A stretch of 64,000 nucleotides of DNA from a virus (IMGVR_UViG_3300042558_004043); one strand, 5' to 3'; positions 47,915 to 58,225 are shown, counted from the stretch's first letter. The notes: generated by a model from the sequence alone, not told the origin. Translations and numbers: made by a program.

Positions 47915-49327
47915 ATGAGTTTGAAAATGGATGATACCATATATATTAAAGGTTTTATAAATGAAAAACCTGAATTTTTTTGTCGGATACATTTTAAAGA
48001 TTTAATAGGATTTCCAACAAGAGTGTTTTTAATTATAAATGATACAATATACGTGACACATCCAACTTTTGATGTTGTACCGCTTTCAGAAAACTGTGTT
48101 GATTATGAGGTTTTAGAAGATGTTGATGTAGGATATCATAAACAGTTAAAAGATAAACTACAAACGATTAGACAATTTGGGGTTAAATCGGTACCAATTG
48201 AAATGGTCAAAAAGATATTTAAACCAAAACTTAAAGAACAAGAGGAACCAAAAAAATCATCAAGGGATGAGACTATATTGGATTTAGTTGATAAATTTAA
48301 TAACAACGAAATAGATTTAGAGTTTTTGGAATCATTTGTTGGAGGTTTGGATAATTTTATCAATATCGTATCCAAAAAAGGTTGGTTACATTTAATTAAT
48401 CCATTTGCTGACGGGGCAAAAGATTTACAAAATTCTTTATTTTATTCATTCTATAAAAATGACAAGAACTTTGTTTGGAAAATCGTTGATAATTTTCTAT
48501 CAGATGTTATCAAAATTGGTGACGATTATTATTATGATACAAATTCAGAGGAATTAAGTGAATATTTTAATGAAGGTAGAAATGATGTGAGTCAAACTAC
48601 CATAGAATCAATTTTGAATTTTGATTATCATGTTGATTGGTATGGTAATTTGACCGATGACGAATATGGTGATGTATATTCTGATTTGACCTATGAAAAT
48701 AAAGAACTTGTTGACCAAGAAATCATTAAAGAATTAAAAAGTATGACTCAAATCAATAACGGGTATAAGTCATCCAAATTAATTGATACTTTGGCTAATG
48801 AACAAGGTCACGAAGAATACGTTGAGCTCGATGATGAGATTATTACAAAATTAATTCAGGACGAAAATTCTTTAAAGTATCTTATTAACCAAGAACTAGA
48901 TGATGTTAGGGGTAATCTTTATAACATATACAGTATGTGTTATAACGATACTTTGACTGATACATGGCATGATGAGATTATGAATGAACTTGTTGGATTT
49001 GTTATTGATGACCCAAAAACTGAAGAATATGAATATCAAAAATCAGGTTGGGATAGAAATGGTCAAAGAACAACCAAAACAATGTATGGTAAAAGATATA
49101 AAGCAACCAAAGCAATTTATGATAAGGTGGTTATATGGTTAGAAAATAATCATAAGTATAATGGTAGTTACGACGACACGATTGAAAGTTTGGGTTCGTT
49201 TTATTATTTAATGAAAGATTTAATTAATGACGGAGACGTTGAACAATTAAGAATCAGTTTGCGTGATTATCCTGATTATAGAAAAATGGGTAACTGCATA
49301 AATGACAATACATCAGGTTATTTTTAA
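47915..49327 (+). CDS. Acidic hypothetical protein
   Basis: ~470-aa ORF; TATTTAT at 47904. Confidence 0.7.
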   Translation: MSLKMDDTIYIKGFINEKPEFFCRIHFKDLIGFPTRVFLIINDTIYVTHPTFDVVPLSENCVDYEVLEDVDVGYHKQLKDKLQTIRQFGVKSVPIEMVKKIFKPKLKEQEEPKKSSRDETILDLVDKFNNNEIDLEFLESFVGGLDNFINIVSKKGWLHLINPFADGAKDLQNSLFYSFYKNDKNFVWKIVDNFLSDVIKIGDDYYYDTNSEELSEYFNEGRNDVSQTTIESILNFDYHVDWYGNLTDDEYGDVYSDLTYENKELVDQEIIKELKSMTQINNGYKSSKLIDTLANEQGHEEYVELDDEIITKLIQDENSLKYLINQELDDVRGNLYNIYSMCYNDTLTDTWHDEIMNELVGFVIDDPKTEEYEYQKSGWDRNGQRTTKTMYGKRYKATKAIYDKVVIWLENNHKYNGSYDDTIESLGSFYYLMKDLINDGDVEQLRISLRDYPDYRKMGNCINDNTSGYF

Positions 49328-49707
49328 TTTTCTAATTCATACATCCAAGATTCATTTTTTGAATTTACGGTCAAATATTTTCTGTCAAAGTCATCCTCAG
49401 TAAATAAATAAACCTTGAACTTTTCATTTTTACCATTGTGTACGTCAAGAACCATGGCTTCTCCCGACTTCAAGTTATCATTAATTTTATCAACGTAGTA
49501 AACTTGCTTAGTTAAAGAATTAATTATAATACTATCAGATGATATATGTACTGATATAGGTTCAATTCTTACCCATTCATTCCACTCAAATTTACCCGTA
49601 TTGATATTCTTTGTACCAAACTTAAATTGTTCGGTTCTCCATTTAAATTGTGAAAATAGAAATGTTGTGTTAAGTAAAAAGATTACTGAGATAATTAAGG
49701 TTTTCAT
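49324..49707 (-). CDS. Secreted hypothetical protein
   Basis: MKTLIISVIFLLNTTFLFSQ signal peptide. Confidence 0.6.
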   Translation of the reverse strand: MKTLIISVIFLLNTTFLFSQFKWRTEQFKFGTKNINTGKFEWNEWVRIEPISVHISSDSIIINSLTKQVYYVDKINDNLKSGEAMVLDVHNGKNEKFKVYLFTEDDFDRKYLTVNSKNESWMYELEN

Positions 49708-49723
49708 AAAATATTTTTTACAA

Positions 49724-50401
49724 TTATACGACATCAATGTAAGTCGACCAAATCATCCAATCGGGGTCATAAAATGATTCCAATGTTGATAGGTTGTTTC
49801 TTGAGCAACGCCAAATTGGGTCTTCAAATCTTTCATTATAATCCCATTTAACATAGTTAATTATATTCTCCATTTCATTATTTGGAATACTTTTTATAAC
49901 ATTGTACGTATCTTCACCCACAACGTCAATTTTAATTGGCTTAAAGGCCACCCACCATACAAGACCATCACCGTCAGTTTCAAACCAATGATTACCAGTG
50001 AATTGACCCTCAACCCTATAATTCGCCTTTGTTGTATAAATAACTTTATTAAAATTTACTGATTTCAAACACGATGAAACTTCTTTTCTAATTCTTTCGG
50101 GTACGTAGATATTCAATACAGAGTTATCAAATTGAATTAGATTTTTTACACCTATAAAGTCAGCGGAAACAAATTGGCTAAATTTAGTTATTTCATTTAA
50201 TAAAAATTCTAAAAGGGCTTCTTTTGTATAAGGTAAATCCTGTGGGTTGTATACAGTAAAGACAGGTATATTGAATCTTTCACCTGTAACACGATAAACA
50301 GTTTCTAAATACTCATCCTCATGAGCTCTAACAATAATCCCGTTTACATCTATATCTTTAACAAAATCGGGTAATAGTTTGAAAAATTTACTTATTTCCA
50401 T
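49724..50401 (-). CDS. Hypothetical protein
   Basis: Likely start MEISKFF at 50401. Confidence 0.65.
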   Translation of the reverse strand: MEISKFFKLLPDFVKDIDVNGIIVRAHEDEYLETVYRVTGERFNIPVFTVYNPQDLPYTKEALLEFLLNEITKFSQFVSADFIGVKNLIQFDNSVLNIYVPERIRKEVSSCLKSVNFNKVIYTTKANYRVEGQFTGNHWFETDGDGLVWWVAFKPIKIDVVGEDTYNVIKSIPNNEMENIINYVKWDYNERFEDPIWRCSRNNLSTLESFYDPDWMIWSTYIDVV

Positions 50402-50435
50402 TAATAATAAATATAAAAAGTTATATATTTGTCCA

Positions 50436-50798
50436 ATGAATAGTTTGGAAAGATTCAAAAAATTTGTTGTTGGGAAAGAGTTTAATTTTCAAACAATGAT
50501 ATTCAGGGGTAAATTTACGTTGGTTAGAGTAAAAGAACGTAAATTATTTTATGAAATTCATACCGCTTACGGTAGTTATGATACTGAATATGATTTAACC
50601 GTTAATTTAAACAAATGTCAGTGGTGGACACTATCGGGTTATTGGTTTGAACCTGATAAAGGATTCAGGAGAGGTAAAAAAACCGCTAATGCGGGATTAA
50701 GAGTTATTATAGATGAAGAAATAAGAAGTATGATGAAATTGATTGGTGATGATAACGGAATTGGTAAAATAACCATTAAGTGGTTGCAAGAGGATTAG
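50436..50798 (+). CDS. Hypothetical protein
   Basis: Likely start MNSLERF; TATATTTG just upstream. Confidence 0.65.
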   Translation: MNSLERFKKFVVGKEFNFQTMIFRGKFTLVRVKERKLFYEIHTAYGSYDTEYDLTVNLNKCQWWTLSGYWFEPDKGFRRGKKTANAGLRVIIDEEIRSMMKLIGDDNGIGKITIKWLQED

Positions 50799-51234
50799 TT
50801 CTTTGAATGTAGTCCTCAGCCACAAGAGATGGTTTAAAAGTACTCGAACTAACATTATTAAATATACTCATTTCATCAGGAATAAATTCATAGGATTGTT
50901 TTAATGTCCTTCTAATTTTTTGACCTAATGATGATGAGGCTTCTGACATATCTTGCCATTGTTTAGATTCATATTCACCCCATTCAAAAGGTGCTAATAT
51001 TACAGCGGTTTTAAACTCCCCATAAATTTTAAATTTATAAAAAAAATAACTTTTAACTTCCATATCCATAGTTTTACCAAGTTCAACAAAATCAACTATT
51101 AGATTAATATAAATTACTGTGGAATATTTTTCCCAATTAGGAGTAAACTCCCATCCTTTGATAAACGGAAACGCTTTTTTAGTTGCCCTAACCGCCAAGT
51201 CAATTCCTTTAATTTGTTTTTCTGAGATAGCCAT
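50776..51234 (-). CDS. Hypothetical protein with ISEKQ leader
   Basis: MAISEKQIKG. Confidence 0.65.
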   Translation of the reverse strand: MAISEKQIKGIDLAVRATKKAFPFIKGWEFTPNWEKYSTVIYINLIVDFVELGKTMDMEVKSYFFYKFKIYGEFKTAVILAPFEWGEYESKQWQDMSEASSSLGQKIRRTLKQSYEFIPDEMSIFNNVSSSTFKPSLVAEDYIQRTNPLATT

Positions 51235-51260
51235 TGTATAAAATAAATATATGATAAACT

Positions 51261-51287
51261 AAAAAGGAGTCATCTGACTCCCTTTTT
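51261..51287. terminator. Bidirectional terminator-like hairpin
   Basis: aaaaaggagtca-tc-tgactcccttttt. Confidence 0.7.
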
Positions 51288-51731
51288 CAATTTTCCACCT
51301 ACAACCCTATTCTTTTTTGCTATATTTAAGTTAGACCACTCCTTATTACCGGTTATTTCTTCACCACAATAGTCAGGGATATTGACAATCCCAATTTCAT
51401 ACTCTATTTCGGCAGATGTTCTTCCATCGGGATAAACATCAATATCAACCTTATTACCTTCAAATGTGGTTTTATATCTTGTTTTTTCAAGTTTTATATC
51501 GGTAGATTGATACAAGTGGTGGGCATCCTGTACCGGAATTTCATATTCATACTCAGACTTTGTTGTTTTATCAATCTTAACTTTGTAAGCAACGTACGCC
51601 TCTTTATCATCAATGATTCTAACCCTGAATTGTTTTTTCTTATCAAACATGAGGTATGCTTGTTTGATATGAATTGGGGTTAGACCTTCAGGTAGATATT
51701 TGAGTCTGAATTTACGTTCTCTTTCAATCAT
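51270..51731 (-). CDS. CYTH-domain protein (triphosphate tunnel metalloenzyme)
   Basis: ERERKF, IKQAYL, FRVRI, EYEYEI, KTRY, AEIE. Confidence 0.8.
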   Translation of the reverse strand: MIERERKFRLKYLPEGLTPIHIKQAYLMFDKKKQFRVRIIDDKEAYVAYKVKIDKTTKSEYEYEIPVQDAHHLYQSTDIKLEKTRYKTTFEGNKVDIDVYPDGRTSAEIEYEIGIVNIPDYCGEEITGNKEWSNLNIAKKNRVVGGKLKKGVR

Positions 51732-51997
51732 CGGTATTTGTTATAAAGGGTTTCAATAGTTTCAAGGTCTTCAATTGACATCTGATGATATTTGTCAGAT
51801 AACAATAACATTTTGTCACCAAATTCAATTTCATTTGAAGTCATCTTTGAATCATCCTTTACTTTGTTACGACCCAAATGACCCATCTCTGCAAGATAAC
51901 TAATCAGTAATTGAATTTCTCTATTGGAGCAAGACTCAACAAATTCATCAAATTCAATGTCAACATCAACATCGACATTAGTGTAAACGGTTGCCAT
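51728..51997 (-). CDS. Hypothetical protein
   Basis: 89-aa ORF. Confidence 0.65.
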   Translation of the reverse strand: MATVYTNVDVDVDIEFDEFVESCSNREIQLLISYLAEMGHLGRNKVKDDSKMTSNEIEFGDKMLLLSDKYHQMSIEDLETIETLYNKYR

Positions 51998-52140
51998 AAT
52001 TATTTATTTTTTTCGGTTTTAATGATGATAACACAAACTAAGAACAAATATACGTAAAAAGATATAATTGCCAAAGCGAGATATAAATTTTCATTTGATG
52101 TCATCAAACAAAGTTAAATGAAAAAAACCAAATGGTCAAA

Positions 52141-52485
52141 TTACTGGGGAATAATGTCTGAACAAATATCTAACAAATTGTCAAGACTAATTTTGATATC
52201 CTCAGACTCCAACTTGTTAAGTATTCTTTTTAAACCTAAACCGATTACAAAGTGGTCTAATCCCCCAAGTGCAATGGTTCCGATGAAACCAAACGCCCAA
52301 AAGGCTAATGGCCAAGATTGACCCATAAGTGCGATTGAAAATACCGCAATGAATGATATCAAAAATGATGATTTCAGAATTTTTTTATTTCTATTCATCC
52401 ATCTGTATATTCCCAAATCGAAATAGTTATCGTGGAATACTTTTTTAATTCTGTTAATTTCTAATTGTGTCATAGTATTAATCAT
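52141..52485 (-). CDS. Two-TM membrane protein
   Basis: Hydrophobic hairpin in the centre. Confidence 0.6.
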   Translation of the reverse strand: MINTMTQLEINRIKKVFHDNYFDLGIYRWMNRNKKILKSSFLISFIAVFSIALMGQSWPLAFWAFGFIGTIALGGLDHFVIGLGLKRILNKLESEDIKISLDNLLDICSDIIPQ

Positions 52486-52990
52486 TTATATAGTTATCTG
52501 GTATAACCTCTAAAACTTCTCTATCACTTACTCCACCTCCTAATAATTGAAATATCTGACCATTTATTTGGTCTACGTGAATCCAAATTTGTTTCATATT
52601 TAATTTACTGTCATTAAAACTTCCAACCTCAGACCCCATATCAGTAAGATAATCAAATAACCAAGACAATAAAATTTGTTTTTCTCTACTCTCTGTTAAT
52701 TCAGGTATTATAACATTAACAGTTGCATCATAATGGTCTGGCATTTCTTCATCAAGTACTTGAAGTTCAGTTATAATAAATGGTAATTCAAACGGAATCA
52801 TAATTTCATCCTCATCTGCCGCTGAACAATAAAGATAACCACCAAGTTTGGACTGTACCATTGCTTGTAGGTAAGGATATTTTTTGGTAATATCTAATAA
52901 TTCATCTATACCACCAAAATATTTTGCAATGTCAAAAATATCTTGGCCTTTATCCATCATTGATATTATGGTTTCAGAAACTCTACTCAT
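52478..52990 (-). CDS. Hypothetical protein
   Basis: 170-aa ORF; TATTTAT upstream. Confidence 0.7.
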   Translation of the reverse strand: MSRVSETIISMMDKGQDIFDIAKYFGGIDELLDITKKYPYLQAMVQSKLGGYLYCSAADEDEIMIPFELPFIITELQVLDEEMPDHYDATVNVIIPELTESREKQILLSWLFDYLTDMGSEVGSFNDSKLNMKQIWIHVDQINGQIFQLLGGGVSDREVLEVIPDNYIND

Positions 52991-53038
52991 AATTTATAAA
53001 TATAAATAGTATGAGATATTTATAATAAAATTAAAGTC

Positions 53039-53314
53039 ATGGATTGGATATTATTTTTAACAGTCATTTGGAAGACATGGAAATATCATATGGGTATGTG
53101 TCTATTGATATTCATCGGTTATTTAATGAACGAGTTTGGTTTTTGGGAGGATGAGTATAGTTTATTCTATACATACGGGTTTGTTAGTTTGATTATTCCT
53201 GCCATTGTTGTTGTACCAATGATACTAATGGTTATGGATTCATATAAACATTACTTAGGGGTTAAAAAATATTATCCAAACGGATACATCAATAGAGATA
53301 AAACCAAGAAATAA
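53039..53314 (+). CDS. Membrane protein
   Basis: Hydrophobic helices. Confidence 0.6.
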   Translation: MDWILFLTVIWKTWKYHMGMCLLIFIGYLMNEFGFWEDEYSLFYTYGFVSLIIPAIVVVPMILMVMDSYKHYLGVKKYYPNGYINRDKTKK

Positions 53315-53715
53315 TGTTACTTAACGCTTTTATTTTTTTAGTTTTTGCAGGTATAACCAAAGGTTTTTTGGATTATTATGCCGACTCAGGTATTAAAGAA
53401 AATGAGTGGAGAAACAAATATAAAATATCCGAACACGGTGATTTAATTAAGACTGAGGATATAAAACATTGGTGGTATTTAGGTTTATATAAACCAAGAT
53501 TCGCAGAAAGATTCCCATTCAGTACAACAATATTGGTCGCTTTCACAGATAGATGGCACTTGGCCCAATTAATTATGTTAAGATTCTTTTATTTGGCCGT
53601 AGCAATAGGAGTAAGTAATAGTATATGGTGGGAATTATTATTATCATTCGTTGTATTCCCAATGGTGATAGGGGTGTTCTTTGATTTTACCTATTGTAAA
53701 CTTAAAAAGAAATGA
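53314..53715 (+). CDS. Membrane protein
   Basis: ERFPFSTTILVAFTDRWHLAQ plus TM segments. Confidence 0.65.
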   Translation: MLLNAFIFLVFAGITKGFLDYYADSGIKENEWRNKYKISEHGDLIKTEDIKHWWYLGLYKPRFAERFPFSTTILVAFTDRWHLAQLIMLRFFYLAVAIGVSNSIWWELLLSFVVFPMVIGVFFDFTYCKLKKK

Positions 53716-54134
53716 AATTTATAATAAAAGAAAGTAAGTTTAAAGAAACTATTATTGATAATATAGACAAAAATGGTCTATTAGATACACTTACTGTTAC
53801 AAATATGAGTTTTACCAAATTGTTCTCAATGATTGGTATGGATTTTCTAACCAACAAAGTAATGATTAATTTTATTAGAGATTTTATAAAAGATTATGGA
53901 GTTTTTTCAGTTCACGATATAGGTGAAGACCCAATTCCATATAATAAAACGGGTGATGAATATAGAGAAATATCATATTTTTCAAAACAATATGTATATG
54001 TTGATGTTTATAGTGGAAATAACAATTTGGGTAATTTCAAAGTACATTATGAAAATTTATCTGATGATATACTGACGGAAGTCTTTGATTTAGTTATGGA
54101 AGCATATGAGAATGGAAAATTTAACAACATATGA
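53712..54134 (+). CDS. Hypothetical protein with IIKESK leader
   Basis: MKFIIKESKF. Confidence 0.65.
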   Translation: MKFIIKESKFKETIIDNIDKNGLLDTLTVTNMSFTKLFSMIGMDFLTNKVMINFIRDFIKDYGVFSVHDIGEDPIPYNKTGDEYREISYFSKQYVYVDVYSGNNNLGNFKVHYENLSDDILTEVFDLVMEAYENGKFNNI

Positions 54135-54460
54135 TTCTCAACAATAAAATATTAAATAAACTTATAAACTCGGATTATATCAAAAAGATATATCCGATGA
54201 TTGACCGTATTGATACAAGAATGTTTTGGGATGGTGATGAAGAACTTCCATTTTACGACATTGAATTGGAAGTACATTTAAATGACCCTGACATAACAAC
54301 TTTCAATATGTATGAAAAAGGGTTTGACCCACATAATTTAATTAATGAACATATGATGTTCATACTTAAAATGGCGGGAATTGATAAGAATACGTCAATA
54401 ATAGAACAAGTTTATATTAAGGTATTAGGCCCTGACGGAGAAAAAATATTCACGTATTAA
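54131..54460 (+). CDS. Hypothetical protein
   Basis: 109-aa ORF. Confidence 0.65.
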   Translation: MILNNKILNKLINSDYIKKIYPMIDRIDTRMFWDGDEELPFYDIELEVHLNDPDITTFNMYEKGFDPHNLINEHMMFILKMAGIDKNTSIIEQVYIKVLGPDGEKIFTY

Positions 54461-54819
54461 TATACTGGTGTGTTTCTTCTTTTAGGGTATACTGATATCT
54501 CATCGATATCAACCTCAAACTTCTCACTAAACCAATCGGCAACAATATCAACAACCTTTGATTCTCTGATATTAATTAATTGTCTTAAAGTATCGACAAT
54601 ATCGGGATGGATATGTAACATACCAACACCATAATGAGGACTATCGTCATCAGATACACCAGGTCCGTAATAAAAATACTTAATATTATTAAGTTCTAAT
54701 CTGTAAGCGTCGGGATTATGCGGGTTAACTTCCTTTTTAGGTGTTATATCCTCAAACATACTATCCAAATATTTGTAGACAATATTATGAAGTTGAGTTT
54801 GTGTTATTATATATCTCAT
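54457..54819 (-). CDS. Divergent array member
   Basis: MRYIITQTQLHNIVYKYLD...IVADWFSEKF. Confidence 0.75.
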   Translation of the reverse strand: MRYIITQTQLHNIVYKYLDSMFEDITPKKEVNPHNPDAYRLELNNIKYFYYGPGVSDDDSPHYGVGMLHIHPDIVDTLRQLINIRESKVVDIVADWFSEKFEVDIDEISVYPKRRNTPVY

Positions 54820-54820
54820 A

Positions 54821-55126
54821 TTATGTCAACGAGTTTATTATTAAATGATATTCTTCTTTTAAGTAACGAGCCATCATGTCTGAAAATAAGCCTATCCCAA
54901 TGTCAAATATTTCCCACTCATTACCAAAATATTCTCCATTGAAATAGTAATTATTGTCATCTTCATAATTAGCAGTACCGACTAATAACTCACCATCACT
55001 ACCAAATAATCCTTTCCATTCTTCACCCCCATAATCTCGTATACCCAATTTTGAATTCTTGAATCTTGAATCAAAAAACGGTTTCATTAGTCTGTAAAGT
55101 TGTTCTTGGTTTAAAAGGTATTCCAT
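54821..55126 (-). CDS. Divergent array member
   Basis: MEYLLNQEQLYRLMKPFFD. Confidence 0.7.
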   Translation of the reverse strand: MEYLLNQEQLYRLMKPFFDSRFKNSKLGIRDYGGEEWKGLFGSDGELLVGTANYEDDNNYYFNGEYFGNEWEIFDIGIGLFSDMMARYLKEEYHLIINSLT

Positions 55127-55138
55127 ATCGTATAAATA

Positions 55139-55456
55139 TTAACCAGCACCGTAATCTGAGGAGGGGTACTTAATTTCAATACCTATTTTATTTCCAACCC
55201 AATCGGAAATTATATTCAAAGATGTATACAAATCTAGAGAAAAGAATTCCGCAACTTCGGTTAGAATATCTGAACTTATAAAACAATCTTCACTCATGAA
55301 AAAATACGCAATTTTTGCATATTGATTGTCTTTATAACTACGTTCAGATTCAAAGAAATAATGACCTCCACCATCTTCACGATGATAAAAGTCCTGAGCA
55401 TCAAGATAGTCAAATATGATATTGTCAAGCTGTGATTCGGTGATTAGATATTTCAT
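55139..55456 (-). CDS. MKYLITESQ paralog 8
   Basis: MKYLITESQLDNIIFDYLDAQDF...FFSL...ISDWV. Confidence 0.85.
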   Translation of the reverse strand: MKYLITESQLDNIIFDYLDAQDFYHREDGGGHYFFESERSYKDNQYAKIAYFFMSEDCFISSDILTEVAEFFSLDLYTSLNIISDWVGNKIGIEIKYPSSDYGAG

Positions 55457-55457
55457 A

Positions 55458-55841
55458 TTAAGAGATATTAGCGTTTCTCACATCAAATACTTTATATTCG
55501 GGGAACACAACATTAAAGGCGTCTGACATTAAATATTTACCGTGAACGTACCAAAAAGGATGGGGAAGTATCTTTTCAAAAAAGTCACCAAATTCTCTAC
55601 TATAATATAATTCACCTGTCATACCATCCTCATATATAACAAAAACACATATTGTTCCACCATTAGAATTGGATATGAAAATTCTATTATTTTCATTATC
55701 ATATGAATCAAATTGGTCAACAATGTAAGGAATAATTTTATCCTTTATCTTATTATATTGTTCCTCATATTCAAAATCTCTCCAATCCCTTTCAAGTTCG
55801 GAGATAAGTTTTAGTTGTGATTCTTTGATTATATATTTCAT
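55458..55841 (-). CDS. Divergent array member sharing the leader
   Basis: MKYIIKESQLKLISE; start at 55841. Confidence 0.75.
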   Translation of the reverse strand: MKYIIKESQLKLISELERDWRDFEYEEQYNKIKDKIIPYIVDQFDSYDNENNRIFISNSNGGTICVFVIYEDGMTGELYYSREFGDFFEKILPHPFWYVHGKYLMSDAFNVVFPEYKVFDVRNANIS

Positions 55842-55845
55842 GTTC

Positions 55846-56157
55846 TTAAAAATAATATACAACTATATCTGATTGGACATCAACCGCTCCGTAATGTGTT
55901 CCAGTTTTACTCTCAACCCACTTAGAAATTGCGGAAATGGAGTCAATATTACTTAAAGAAAAGAAAGAGGCAATTTCGTCCATTAATTTTCTATCAATCG
56001 TACACCAATAACTATTGAATTTAATCTGAGCATATTCATCTTTCTCTGAATTAAGGAAATAACCGTTTATTCCATACTCCATATAAACAAAATCCTGATT
56101 ATCCAAGTACTTAAAGATTACTTTATCAATCTGAGATTCGGTTATTAGGTATTTCAT
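55846..56157 (-). CDS. MKYLITESQ paralog 7
   Basis: MKYLITESQIDKVIFKYLDNQDF. Confidence 0.85.
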   Translation of the reverse strand: MKYLITESQIDKVIFKYLDNQDFVYMEYGINGYFLNSEKDEYAQIKFNSYWCTIDRKLMDEIASFFSLSNIDSISAISKWVESKTGTHYGAVDVQSDIVVYYF

Positions 56158-56181
56158 ATGATTATAAATATTAATTACTAT

Positions 56182-56487
56182 CTATCTAATTATAATTTCT
56201 TTAACTCTTCTACCCAAAGTATTTTCAACCCATCTGGCGATAACATATTTAGAACTATCAAATTCCATAGAGAAGAATTCAGCAATCTCATCAATTAACT
56301 CAAAACTCATAACACACTCACCACCACTTCTATAGTGTTGGATTAATCCGCCCGAAAATTCATCATTTTCTGAATTAACGAAGTAAGTTATATTATCACC
56401 AGCCATTCTCTTAATAATAAAGTCCTGATTATCCAAATACTTAAAGATAACCTTGTCAATTTGTGATTCGGTGATTAGATATTTCAT
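56182..56487 (-). CDS. MKYLITESQ paralog 6
   Basis: MKYLITESQIDKVIFKYLDNQDF. Confidence 0.85.
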   Translation of the reverse strand: MKYLITESQIDKVIFKYLDNQDFIIKRMAGDNITYFVNSENDEFSGGLIQHYRSGGECVMSFELIDEIAEFFSMEFDSSKYVIARWVENTLGRRVKEIIIR

Positions 56488-56510
56488 ATGATTATAAATA
56501 TAAGGTATTA

Positions 56511-56828
56511 CTATCTAACGTGTACTTCCTTAACTCTTTCATCCAAAGTATGTTCAACCCATCTACCAATAACATATTTTGAATCATTAAAGTCCATAGA
56601 GAAGAATTTGGCGACCTCATCAATCAATTCAAAATTTATAAAACACTCTCCATCTCTATAGAAATTAATTATTGAGTCGGTTCGTAAGTCACTTTCAGAA
56701 TTAAGAAAGTGAATTATATTGCTAACCCCAAAAGAAGTTTTAACTGATTTTCTTATAATAAAGTCCTGATTATCAAGGTACTTAAAAACAACATTATCAA
56801 GTTTAGATTCGGTGATAAGATATTTCAT
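56511..56828 (-). CDS. MKYLITESQ paralog 5
   Basis: MKYLITESKLDNVVFKYLDNQDF. Confidence 0.85.
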   Translation of the reverse strand: MKYLITESKLDNVVFKYLDNQDFIIRKSVKTSFGVSNIIHFLNSESDLRTDSIINFYRDGECFINFELIDEVAKFFSMDFNDSKYVIGRWVEHTLDERVKEVHVR

Positions 56829-56840
56829 ATGATATAAATA

Positions 56841-57170
56841 TTAGTTAGGAGTTCTTAAAGAAGAAACCATATCTTCAGTGACAAAGAATATGTTGGTAAC
56901 CTTCATTTTTAAAGTATTTTCAACCCACTTACCAATAACTTTTTTAGAATTAGATTCTCTCAGAGAAAAGAAGGAAGAAATTTCGTTAACTAATTTATAA
57001 GATATAAAACACCACTCATCATTTTCATCATATCTAATCTGAGCATATTCATCACTTTCGGAATTAACAAAAAATAAACTAATACTATCGCCGACCACGA
57101 CAAAGTCCTGATTATCCAAATACTTAAATATTACATTATCAATCTGTGATTCGGTGATAAGATATTTCAT
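56841..57170 (-). CDS. MKYLITESQ paralog 4
   Basis: MKYLITESQIDNVIFKYLDNQDF. Confidence 0.85.
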   Translation of the reverse strand: MKYLITESQIDNVIFKYLDNQDFVVVGDSISLFFVNSESDEYAQIRYDENDEWCFISYKLVNEISSFFSLRESNSKKVIGKWVENTLKMKVTNIFFVTEDMVSSLRTPN

Positions 57171-57182
57171 ATGATATAAATA

Positions 57183-57518
57183 TTAATTATAATAGGGTAT
57201 TCTCAACGCAAACCACTTCGTGTTGTTGCGCCATTCGGTGTTTGTGACCTTCATTTGTAGTCTATTTTCAACCCATCTACCTATAACTGGTTCAGAATCA
57301 TAATGTGACATAGAAAAGAAGGTGGAAATTTCTTCAATTAATTTATAATGTACATAACACCAATTATCATTTTTATCATATTTAATTTGAGCGTATACAT
57401 CATTCACTGAGTTCACGAAGTATATTTTTTCATCAAAGTTAATCTGAATAAAATCTTGGTTATCCAAATACTTAAAAACAACATTATCAAGTTTAGATTC
57501 GGTGATAAGATATTTCAT
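57183..57518 (-). CDS. MKYLITESQ paralog 3
   Basis: MKYLITESKLDNVVFKYLDNQDF. Confidence 0.85.
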   Translation of the reverse strand: MKYLITESKLDNVVFKYLDNQDFIQINFDEKIYFVNSVNDVYAQIKYDKNDNWCYVHYKLIEEISTFFSMSHYDSEPVIGRWVENRLQMKVTNTEWRNNTKWFALRIPYYN

Positions 57519-57880
57519 TCGGTTATAACTATTAATCTGTGATAGTTGTTAGCATCTCCGGCGTTTTCAATTCTACCAACTTTAATACTCAAAGTATTAC
57601 TAACCCACACTCTGATTATGTCCAAAGAATCTAATTTATCAATGGAGAAGAAGTCACATAACTCCTCAATCAAATCATAATTTACATACACCCAATTCTT
57701 AACTTCACCAATGGCGTCGTTTACATAAACACTAATCTGTGACATCCCATCCGACTCACTATTTAAGAAATATATATAATTGTTTTTTTTCTTCTTGTTG
57801 TTATATATCACAAAGTCCTGATTATCCAAGTACTGAAGGATAACACTGTCCAATTTAGATTCGGTGATTAAGTATTTCAT
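57515..57880 (-). CDS. MKYLITESQ paralog 2
   Basis: MKYLITESKLDSVILQYLDNQDF. Confidence 0.85.
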   Translation of the reverse strand: MKYLITESKLDSVILQYLDNQDFVIYNNKKKKNNYIYFLNSESDGMSQISVYVNDAIGEVKNWVYVNYDLIEELCDFFSIDKLDSLDIIRVWVSNTLSIKVGRIENAGDANNYHRLIVITE

Positions 57881-57892
57881 ATGATATAAATA

Positions 57893-58225
57893 TTAATTAT
57901 ACCATGGCATTCTCAAAGCCATAAAATTGTCCAAAACAAAACCAAATCTTTTGACCTCCATGTTTATTGAATTCTCAATCCATTTAACAATAATTTTCTC
58001 AGATTCAGAATTTTGTAATGAAAAGAAGGCAGAAATTTCAGTTAATAAATCGTAAGATATATAACACTTTCCATCATTTTTATCATATCTAATTTGAGCA
58101 TATTCATCATCCTTTGAGTTCATGAAGTATATGTTTTTAGGAGCGTTAATCTGAATAAAATCTTGGTTATCCAAATACATGGTTGCAAGCTTATCGATTT
58201 GTGATTCTGTTATTAGATATTTCAT
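57893..58225 (-). CDS. MKYLITESQ paralog 1
   Basis: True start at 58225 (MKYLITESQIDKLATMYLDNQDF), internal to the 151-aa track ORF. Confidence 0.85.
   Translation of the reverse strand: MKYLITESQIDKLATMYLDNQDFIQINAPKNIYFMNSKDDEYAQIRYDKNDGKCYISYDLLTEISAFFSLQNSESEKIIVKWIENSINMEVKRFGFVLDNFMALRMPWYN

Noticed and set aside
54457-58225. Diversity-generating retroelement explanation for the paralog array
   Set aside because: No reverse transcriptase in the window, and differences are not confined to adenine positions of a template/variable pair
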